Below are positions 23,411 through 35,078 of a DNA stretch of 64,000 nt, one piece after another. Within the stretch, counting starts at the first letter, position 1. The number at the start of each line of letters is the position of its first letter. Under the pieces are notes generated by a model. The model was not told where the DNA came from. It worked only from the letters and a program-made list of their open reading frames with translations, and ran no database searches. The position numbers and the translations under genes are program-made. This stretch comes from Zootoca vivipara (lineage: Eukaryota), in NCBI RefSeq assembly GCF_963506605.1, contig NC_083288.1:43090001-43154000 (forward strand), given 5' to 3'.

Positions 23411-24167
23411 AGGAATTTAACTTTTCTTATTCTTTACTTTGCTCATTTCAAACTTGTGTCTCCATACACACCTGCAAAATACTAAATCATGTTTAGATGA
23501 AAAGCCCATCAGGGCATGTTGATTATTCAGGTGTGGTAGAGCAGGGAGATCATATGGAATAATGGGCATGGCTGGCCTGTTATGTGAACAATCTCCTATG
23601 GTAACAAATGATTACCTGGGAACTTACTGTCTTCAGAAAGTGGGACCTGCATATAGATTAAACTACCATTCACTTTCCCTGGACTTAACCAGTCCCTCAT
23701 CTCACCACACTTTCAAGACATTTTTACTCTCAAGGGACAACCCTTTTGTCTTTCTTTGCCTCTCAAACATTCCTGTCCATCCTTGGACTTTTATGTGGCT
23801 GCAGAGCAGAATGGCTGATGACTCAATAGCTGAATTAATTAAGACACTTTTTCCATTGGAATGAGCAGCTTGTATTATTTGAAATCCCACTTGATTAGAC
23901 AATGCATCCATACATTTATGCGTGCAATTCAAAGGCTAGATTTGTATTATTATTAGTACACAAAGCTGGTGGTGTTACTGTTGGTTTGCTCTTATATTAT
24001 TGTTTGTAAAACACCATATGGTGTTTATATGCATATTGGAAACCACCGAGAAGTTTTAAAAGCAAGGAAATGCAAGCATTTCAAGTGAATTTTGTAATAA
24101 AGCACAGGACTTGTAATGAACATCTGAGACTGGTGATTCTTGATCATATTTGGATCTTTAGTTAACA

Positions 24168-24227
<60 letters not shown>

Positions 24228-25420
24228 CGGTTGCCGATAGTCACAGTCTTCTTCCACATTTTTTGAATGCTGATACCAAGAAATGGAAAAGAAACACAGA
24301 GTTGAAATACAAGAGATATTCAGGTGAGGTTTAAGTTTCTTGCAATAGAAAACTTCCATTCTGAAGAGTGAGCTGCCATCAAAAAGGTCTATTTCATTCT
24401 TCTCCTGCCCAAACTTGGTGCAGAAATAACTTTTTTCTGGGGGTATGCAGGGGTACGCATACCCCTAAACATTTTGTGAATCTTTGTACTTTTGTCCATT
24501 TACTGTATTTATTTTTCCTGATTTGAACTATAAAATGGTGATTTTCTTGAGTCAAAATGAGAGTTCCAATAAACATTTTTAAAGAAAAAAAGGACTGGAA
24601 ATAAAATGGTAAAAAAGGTTATCAAATTAGTATTAATACTTGTTGAAACAGGACGAAAACTAAGATGGGCATTGGAGCTTTGCATGCTAAGAGAATGGAA
24701 GGTGTTTGTAAAGGAAGCAAATTAGATTGCAGGACAGCTAAATAAATTCTTTACACCTTCTTTCACTGTGTAGGGTATACTGCAGATACTAGTGCCTGAA
24801 CAGATATTTCCAAAAGAACTCTCAAGTAAAAAAAGGGGGTGAATGTCCAGACCTTCCTGGAAAACTGCAATTCACAAGCCTCTCCTACTTAAGCTGGTCT
24901 TGGAAGAAGGGGCATCAAATGTACTTGAGGGCTGTATTAAGCCTTCACAGGAACAGATCGCCCATGAGGCACTATGCAATGGTTTCCTCAGGGTGGCAGG
25001 TTCCTAAATATTCCCGGTGCTCACTGAGTCCTCTTGCTCCTCTGCAAGTTCAGCTGTGTCCCCCTACCATGACAATTGAACTGAATGACAGAAGTATTGG
25101 CTCACGTGTCCCATAATCATCAAAATTGCCATGGCTAATTCTAGTGTGGTGTAGTGCTTAAGAGCGGTAGACTCATAATCTAGGGAACCGGGTTCACGTC
25201 TCCGCTCCTCCACATGCAGCTGCTGGGTGACCTTGGGCTAGGCACACTTCTCTGAAGTCTCTCAGCCCCACCCACCTCACAGGGTGTCTGTTGTGGGGGA
25301 GGAGGGAAAAGGAGATTGTTTGCTGCTTTGACACTCCTTTGGGTAGTGATAAAGCGGGATATCAAATCCAAACTACTGCTCCTCCTCTCCTCCTTCTATT
25401 TCATTTCAAGTCCTTCCTTC

Positions 25421-25755
25421 TGTTGTGACGTGGGGTTTGTGATTTCAGCTCTCTTGACAAAACATGCTGGAGACAGTTCTCTAGTAACAGCTCTTTATTA
25501 AAGTGAACAAGACTGACTGTGAGGGCAGGAAGGCTACATTTATAGGGACAGGGAACTAGCTAGAAGGGGATACATTTTGGAGGGAACAATATCAGGCAAT
25601 CACAGTGCTGCCTTTTGGAGGGAACCAATAAGACAGAGGATCCAAATACAGCAGCTTAAATGAACCAATAGTAGCTGTACCCTCTGGAACCAAAAGGCAG
25701 TTACTTTATCCTAATGCAAATACAGACAATAATAATACAGAGATAAAATCCTTTG
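25421..25755 (-). mobile_element. LTR (TGTTGTG...CACAACA type), runs into gap
   Basis: Starts TGTTGTG; minus-strand TATAAA and AATAAA; shares ~140 nt with 50558-50697, which ends CACAACA. Confidence 0.7.
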
Positions 25756-26529
25756 NNNNNNNNNNNNNNNNNNNNNNNNNNNNNNNNNNNNNNNNNNNNN
25801 NNNNNNNNNNNNNNNNNNNNNNNNNNNNNNNNNNNNNNNNNNNNNNNNNNNNNNNNNNNNNNNNNNNNNNNNNNNNNNNNNNNNNNNNNNNNNNNNNNNN
25901 NNNNNNNNNCCTCATCTTGCTTCATAATAATTGAAGTTCCCATTTGAATTTTGCTTCTTTCTCATTTTGTAAATCCAGCCNNNNNNNNNNNNNNNNNNNN
26001 NNNNNNNNNNNNNNNNNNNNNNNNNNNNNNNNNNNNNNNNNNNNNNNNNNNNNNNNNNNNNNNNNNNNNNNNNNNNNNNNNNNNNNNNNNNNNNNNNNNN
26101 NNNNNNNNNNNNNTTGGCCTCATCTTGCTTTTTCTTAGCTCACCTGCCACTTGCAATCCCATAAATGACCACAGGCGGCTTCTATTGAGCTGTAATAACT
26201 ACATTTCCTCTGTACTAGCACAGAGAAACTACAACAGTATTGACTCATGCAGCCTATAATCATCAAAATTGCCATGGTTAATTCTACTTCTTTTCAAGTC
26301 CCTATAGATTTCCAGTGAACACGGCAAAACAATGAAGTCTGAATGATGTCGTTAATATTCCTTGCTCCATTTGGAGCTGGGTCTAGAGACAGATTTATAG
26401 CCTTCCACCCTTCTGATTATTTTCATTGTCAGGGCTTCCAAATCAACCTATGGTGTGATTGTTCTTGCTATTTCAATAATCATGTTAGACGAGTCAAATT
26501 GGTGACTGGGAGGTAGATTTTCAGTCAAT

Positions 26530-26747
26530 ATGGTACTATTCGTGGTCTCAATATTAGTGTTCCTGCCTTATATGATATGCAGTGTTCCTGTTGCCACATA
26601 CACTGCTGACACTCCTCTTTCTATTATGCACAATTATTATCATTCAGGAGATCTCATCATTGCTGGAATTATTTCTCAGATCTACATGACATTTGATTCA
26701 ATGGATTTCAGAGGACATCCATCTGAGAAACTGATTGATGATATCAT
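26530..26747 (+). CDS. V2R: V2R-C exon 1
   Basis: 218 nt homolog. Confidence 0.87.
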
Positions 26748-28034
26748 GTACGAAGTAGCTGTTTTTAATCATATCATAATATCCACAGGCATTCTGATCT
26801 GATGTCTTTGGGTTTATGTGGGTGGGGGAGTGATTGCCAAAAAGACAGTCGATCTGCTTTTAGATTCTTCTTGGATGCGGCTGCATCTCAATTTTTTAAG
26901 TTAGCTCTTTCACTGTAGGATTCAGGATTTCCATACCACAAGTTATAATTGATGGAGGTTGGCTGGGATGCATACAACATTCCAGCCTACCTACATCACT
27001 GAGCTGTAGATAGGCAAAACTTTGATCAGGTTTAATTGCTGTTTGAAGTACTTAATTTAACATTGGAATGGGAGAGATCATCAGGGGGTTTGGCTTGGGT
27101 GTTCATCAGTATGCGGATGATTCCCAGCTCTACATCTCTTTCAAATCAGAACCAGTGAAGGCGGTGAAGGTCCTGTGTGAGTGTCTGGAGGCGGTTGGAG
27201 GATGGATGGCAGCTAACAGATTGAGGTTGAATCCTGACAAGACAGAAACACTGTTTGTGGGAGACAGGAGGAGGGCAGGTGTGGGGGACTCCCTGGTCCT
27301 GAATGGGGTAACTTTGCCCCTGAAGGACCAGGTAAGCAGCCTGGAAGTCTGGCATGGGGGGGGGGAATGGCCTTCCGGCTGACTGTCTGCCGGTCCCTTC
27401 TTCCACTGCTCTCTCTCCCTCCCCCTGGAGCAAGGGCTCTCTGATGCTGTCAGAGCCTTGGTTCCCCCTTTCTGTTTCCTGGCTCTTGTAACCTGATCCT
27501 GTGCTTGACTTATTGCTTGGCGAGGAACTCGACCTGATGAGGGGGGGGGGGTTGTTCCCTGTAAGCCTTCCCCCTTACAGTATACTTTTATACTCTCATT
27601 ATTGCCCTAGATAATATTATTCATTGATTCTTCATTCACCAAGCTACTTCTCCCCCCCCCAATAAATTCAATGCATTGTTGACAAAGATTTAGTTGTTTA
27701 TTTAGTTGTACCTTGGCTGTTGTTTCTGTGGGTTTCCTTTACCATGTGTCCAGGTAGACTTTTCCAACCACAGATTGTGCTTGCAGTCACTCCCACAATA
27801 CCTGTTCCAGTAAACTGGAATTTTCAGGCTTCTATTTAATCTCTATAATCCTTATATTTAATCAATGGTGTGATATACAGCATATGTAAACTATATATGT
27901 AGATATGCAACCATATAAATATATAGGTATATATGCATAGCACTTCCTAAAATTCCAACAAGTTGAAATCTCTAATACTGGAACGAATACCAATGCTTCT
28001 TCACAATTCTCTGCACTGCAAACATATTATCTTT

Positions 28035-28065
<31 letters not shown>

Positions 28066-31000
28066 CCCACCCACCACAAGCAATGTTATTAGCAGGCATA
28101 TATTGAAATCAAATGTTACACATTTTATATTCAGAAGTAGATGCACTTTGACACAGCATGCCAATCCCATTGCAGACTCTTTTTCCAAAACTATCAGCAT
28201 ATCTTGGCCTTGGTATATGCTGTAAAGGAGATCAATGAAAATCCACAAATGTTGCCTAATATTACCCTGGGCACACACATCTATAATAGCTATTTCCAAG
28301 CAAGCTGGACCTACCTCGCTTCAATGGACCTTCTCTCCACACAGGGAAGATTTATCCCTAACTTCAAGTGTGATGCCCAAGACAACGCAATAGCTGTTAT
28401 CACAGGACCAAATTCTCACATCTGTCATTTCATGGCACACATTCTTAGCACCTACAAGATACCACAGGTAGGATGTGCTTATCAAACATGGATTTACAAC
28501 TAATTTATTCCCCAATTCTCCTCTATGTGAATTTTTGTTTTTGGAGGTAGAACGCACCAGGATTGAAGGTGTTCATAAGTCAAAAAGATGTAATCAAGGA
28601 AAATAATTCTTCTCTTTATTTCATTTGTGGGGATATTGGTGAATACTTTCTCTTCTTGAGTAGGTAGTTCCCAACCAGCTCCAGAAACTCGTGGATATGA
28701 TTAATTTTCTAGTTCTTAGTTTAGGGTTCAGGTTTAGTTGTGATACTGAAATTGTATATTAGACACAAACTCCCCTATCTCCCAATTTTATTTCATTTTG
28801 TTTCTTAGCTTGTATATGGCTCTGCTCCAGTGACCAATGGCAAGCCTGAAGCTGTTTTCTTCAACCAGATGTTCCCCAATGAGGACCATCAGACCTGGGG
28901 GATTCTTCAGTTGCTGCTGCATTTTAAGTGGACATGGATTGGGGTGGCTTATATAAGTATTGAAAGTGGAGAGAAATTTATACAGAATGTGCTTCCCATG
29001 TTTTCACAAAGAGGTATATGCTTTGATTTTATAGAACAACTGCCAAAAGAATCCTTTTCCAGTAACTTTGATGAAATGATGAATGGCTTTTCTCGGGTAA
29101 ACAGTATTGTTCTGAGGAGCAGTGCCAGCACTGTGATCATACATGGTGATGTTCAGTTCACAGTCATTCTTAGAACAATGCTTGCTGGATATGATGGCAT
29201 AAAAATGAATAGTAAAGGTAAAGTCTGGATTATGACAGCCCAGATGGAGTTCACATCAGTTCCCTTTCAAAGAATGATGGACTTAGAGGCCTTCCATGGA
29301 GCTTTATCCTTTGCAGTTCCTTCTAAGCAGGTATTCGGATTCCTGGAATATCTTCAGATGAAAAATCCTACCTTGGAAAAGGAAGATGGTTTTATCATGC
29401 TCTTTTGGGAAATGGCATTTGAATGTTCTTTCCCCATGGATGACACCACAGATGAGGAAATGTGTACTGGAGAAGAGAAGTTGGAGACTCTTCCTACCTC
29501 TGTTTTTGACATGAGCATGACTGGCCACAGCTACAGTGTCTACAATGCTGTGTATGCTGTGGCGCATGCTTTGCAAGCCATGCATTCATCCAAATTCGGA
29601 CACAGAGCAATGGCATATGATGGGAGAGGGATTCTTCTAAAACAGCAGTTGTGGCAGGTAATATTCTAAGTGCCTTTCAATGTTGTTCCCCAACTCCACA
29701 ATCTTTGTAAAAAAATAGGGAAGTCAGCACTGGGAAGGTTAAGCCAGAGAATCAGCATACTGTTTGAAATGAGCATGACTGGCCAAAGGCAATATGTCAA
29801 TGCCTGCCACACCTTTATTATGTAAATGCAAATTAACAGTAATGTATGGAGAGAGGTGGGTGCTTCTGATTCTACAGCCATGGCAGCTAATGTCCTAAAT
29901 GTATATCTACAGAGGAATCCATCATAAATGCAATTTCAACAGAAGACCAGTAAATGTCTATCTACAACTTAAGGCTGGAGTGTTGACATCGGAATGGTAT
30001 TTTTGCCATAGTTTCCCTTCCGATCCAATTTGATATTGCTCCCCTGCAATCATTTCCCAGTGAAGACTATGAAACAACCCACAATGGTCAGACTTATAAT
30101 CTTAATTGTCAGTGATGTCTAAAAGAGAGCTATATTTCCATTTGTCCAATTCATTTTACTTATTCATTAGATTTGATTTCTGTAGGCAAGAGCACTAACC
30201 ATAGTTTCCAAATGGTCATTGCCATCACTATATTTGCCTGTTATTGTGCATTTATGATTGTGTCTCTTTGCTTCCATTTAGATTCACCACTATCTGAGAA
30301 GTGCCTCATTTAACAACAGTGCAGGCGAACAATTTACTTTTGATCAAAGTGGGCAAGTTGTCGCTGGGTTTGATATTGTAAACTGGGTCACATTCCCAAA
30401 CCAATCCTTTCTCAGAGTCAAAGTTGGAAAAGTAGACCCCTTGGCTGCCAAGGACAATGGGTTCACCATTTCTGCAGATGGCATTGTTTGGCCAAGCATC
30501 TTTAACCAGGTAGGTCTTGTGCAAATTTCAGCATTCAGGAGGATGTCTCCAACCTGGTAGGAGAACCTGAACCATTAAAAAACAACAACATGGGTCTAAT
30601 TATGGCTTTAACAGGGGAGTGAAAACACAGCCATCATGCTAGTACTCACTGCTAGCTTTATCCTCCATTAGTTTGTCTAATCCTCTTTTAAAGCCATCAT
30701 TGTATCCTGTACGAATAAGTGTCACATATTTTCCTAGCCATGCAGATAGACAGACTTCCTTCCACGTGTCCTGAATGTTTCAACATTCAGCTTCATTGAA
30801 TATCCCTGAGTTCTAGTGTTTTGAGAACATTGGATCTGAATTTATTTGAAATGGTAATTTGTTATTTTATTTATACAACTCTCTCACTTTTATTATATAT
30901 CCAGTTGTTCTTAATCTGTTTTTATAGTGTAGCAAATTTCTTCAGGAAGCCTCATGAGTAGCAATTCATAAACAAATTCATAAACAAACAAACAAACAAA

Positions 31001-31452
31001 CAAATAATAATGATAATGTATTGTGTCTTTATCTGCTTTGGTGTGTATTAAGAGGTCTTACCTGCCCTGAGATGAGCAATGGTGAGAAACAAGATCCAGA
31101 ACTTCTTCAATAAAGAAAAGCACTAATAAAATATTTGGTCAAACCATTTGTAACTGTGAAGAAACCACTGAAATATAAAACTCCCAAAATAGAATTGATG
31201 GTCATTATAGAACATTTCTGCTTTTATTTATTGACAGGGACAACCCCTTTCTGTGTGTAATGACAATTGCCATCCAGGGTATAGTAAGATAAAGTTGGAA
31301 GGGAAGCCATTTTGCTGCTATCATTGCCTCCCATGTCCTGAAGGGAAGATTTCAAATCAGAATGGTAAGAAATGCAAAGTAGAGCATTTGTTCAAATTTC
31401 AAATATAATGTGCTCGGATAATGACTTTTTAGCTTCCCCTCCCCCGTCTCTG

Positions 31453-31498
<46 letters not shown>

Positions 31499-34400
31499 AT
31501 TTCTATACCACCCTATACCTGAAGTTCTGTTCATGAACAGCCCTGGAACCTTCTAAATCTACTCTGGATTTTCCCTCCGCCCTCCAGAGCAGGTAAGAGT
31601 TAGGTGTGGAGATAACACAGAGAGAGAAGAGATCCCTGCATTTCATTGTACAAAGCAGTACCAGTGCATCTATTTTGTTTCTGACTGCTCATTGGAATTA
31701 ATCCAAAATATTGATGTATATATCAGGTTCCACAGGCATTGATTGATTGTTGGTTTTTGTTTTGTTTTTACTATTTCGAAGGTGACATAACCATTGCTGA
31801 TGTAACCAGTGACGGCATTGTATCTTTTTGTAAAAATTTCTGTAAGGGCTTTATGTGGGTGGTTTATTTATTTTTTTAAAAAAGTTGTTAACTTTTAAAA
31901 ACTTTTTAAAAAAAATTAAAACAAATTTGATTAGGAAAATTCAACAATATCAACAATATTACAATATATTACAAACATATTACAAGCCTGACCACACTCA
32001 TACATACATTCTTAATTGCAAATACAATACTGACTGCGCACATCTACATACTCATTTTCCCCACCACCACCCGATGTGATAGACTTCCAATCACATCAGC
32101 TCTAATTTATTTTATATTCCATTACTTTCTCTTGCATACTGTTATCTCTATACACTTCTTATCCTTCTTTACTATAAATACTAACTAATACTAACTAATA
32201 TTTCATATATCATTTTCATCTTCCTGTTTCTCTATATGTTAATTACAGAACTTGTCTTAATCTGATATAAATTCCAGCTTTTCAATATACTTTTAAAAAT
32301 ATTCTTTAAACATCTTCCATTCTTTCTCCGTTTTTTTCTTTTGAAACCCTTCCAATATTCCCCATTAATTTGACCAAATTATAATATTCTATTAATTTTG
32401 CTAGCCACTCTGTTTTCATTGGTATCTGGACGCTTTTCCAATTTTTCGCTCACAGAAGCCTCACAGCCACTGTTGCATATAGATACAATACCTTGTCTGC
32501 TTCCTTTAAATTTACTGGCACTATTCCCAATAGAAATCCTTCTGGCATCTTCTTGAATATTCATTTAAACATTTCATTATAAATGAAATCCCAACACTGT
32601 TTAATATTAGCACAGTCCATAGCTGCCAAGTTTTCCCTTGTCTCGCGAGGAAGCCTATTCAGCATAAGGGAAAATCCCTTGAAAAAAGGGATAACTTGGC
32701 AGCTATGGCACAGTCTCACCAAATATGAATCATGATTCAAAAATGTTTTTAAATGTAGTACTATATTTTGTTGTAAGGCATCTGAAAGCTTAAGGGGAAG
32801 GGTTGGTAATGAAGTAAAATAAAACCAATCAAATATAATATAGAACATGATTTCAGAGAAATATGGTGGAATTCATTATAACCAATCTGATGACTGAGGG
32901 CATTCCCGGATCACTGATAATTTGAGGTTTTTGGCAGACATAATACTGGGTAACGAGATCATCCAAAACAGAGGGCATCTGATCTGCATGCAGAAGGTCC
33001 CAGATTCAATCCCAGCATCATCTATCTGAAATGCTGGAGAGCCATGGACAGTCTGCAGAGAGAATTATGAGCCAGAGAGATCAATAGTCTAATCTGCTAT
33101 AAGGTAGATTCCTGTGTTCCTGTGTTATGAGAAGATTTCCCCAATATAAATACACTTATTTACTATAAGGAAGATGCTTCTTCTACCAAATGAAACGGCT
33201 TCCTACAAGAGAGAACAGTGACTGTTTCAAAGAAACTCCACTGAATGTAATTTGTTGAAGAAAAAAGCTTGGCTTTTACATTCATTTGAGCTTCCTTGAT
33301 TCAGGACTTCATAGTACTAACGCTTAAATACTGCAGTGCACTATGTATTGCTGTTTTTATTTTAAAGAAAACCATGTTTTCCTTTCCAGACATGGATGCG
33401 TGTTTTCAATGTCCAGAAGACCAGTATCCAAATGACCAACATGATTCCTGCATTCCGAAATATACAAGTTACTTATCTTATGAAGAACCTTTGGGATTAT
33501 GTTTCGCTGTTTCTGCTCTTTCCTTATCTGTTCTCACGTTTTTGGTACTCAGAGTCTTCATTAAGTACTGGCATACTCCCATAGTCAAAGCCAACAACAG
33601 GGACCTCACCTTCGCACTCCTAATATCTCTCCTGCTCTCTTTCCTTTGCGCTCTGCTCTTCATTGGCAAGCCTAATAAGGTGACCTGTCTCCTTCGACAA
33701 ATTACTTTTGGTCTCATCTTCTCAGTGGCGGTTTCTTGCATATTGGCCAAAACCACCATAGTGATTTTAGCTTTCATGGCTACCAGGCCAGAGTCCAGTA
33801 TCAGGAGATGGGTGGGGAATAAATTGGCCATTACCATTGTTCTTTCCTGCTCCCTAATTCAGACCAGTCTTTGTTGTGTGTGGCTGGCAACATCACCCCC
33901 ATTCCCAGATCTAGACATGCACACAATGACTGAAGAGATTGTGCTTGTATGCAATGAAGGTTCAGTCACCATGTTCTACTGTGTCCTGGGCTTCATGGGC
34001 TTCCAGGCCACAATCTGCTTCATTGTGGCTTTCCTGGCTAGGAATCAATCAATGCCTGTGGAACCTGACTCCAGGTAGGTCTTGTGCAAATTTCAGCATT
34101 CAGGAGGATGTCTCCAACCTGGTAGGAGAACCTGAACCATTAAAAAACAACAACATGGGTCTAATTGTGGCTTTAACAGGGGAGTGAAAACACAGCCATC
34201 ATGCTAGTACTCACTGCTAGCTTTATCCTCCATTAGTTTGTCTAATCCTCTTTTAAAGCCATCATTGTATCCTGTACGAATAAGTGTCACATATTTTCCT
34301 AGCCATGCAGATAGACAGACTTCCTTCCACGTGTCCTGAATGTTTCAACATTCAGCTTCATTGAATATCCCTGAGTTCTAGTGTTTTGAGAACATTGGAT

Positions 34401-35017
34401 CTGAATTTATTTGAAATGGTAATTTGTTATTTTATTTATACAACTCTCTCACTTTTATTATATATCCAGTTGTTCTTAATCTGTTTTTATAGTGTAGCAA
34501 ATTTCTTCAGGAAGCCTCATGAGTAGCAATTCATAAACAAATTCATAAACAAACAAACAAACAAACAAATAATAATGATAATGTATTGTGTCTTTATCTG
34601 CTTTGGTGTGTATTAAGAGGTCTTACCTGCCCTGAGATGAGCAATGGTGAGAAACAAGATCCAGAACTTCTTCAATAAAGAAAAGCACTAATAAAATATT
34701 TGGTCAAACCATTTGTAACTGTGAAGAAACCACTGAAATATAAAACTCCCAAAATAGAATTGATGGTCATTATAGAACATTTCTGCTTTTATTTATTGAC
34801 AGGGACAACCCCTTTCTGTGTGTAATGACAATTGCCATCCAGGGTATAGTAAGATAAAGTTGGAAGGGAAGCCATTTTGCTGCTATCATTGCCTCCCATG
34901 TCCTGAAGGGAAGATTTCAAATCAGAATGGTAAGAAATGCAAAGTAGAGCATTTGTTCAAATTTCAAATATAATGTGCTCGGATAATGACTTTTTAGCTT
35001 CCCCTCCCCCGTCTCTG

Positions 35018-35078
<61 letters not shown>

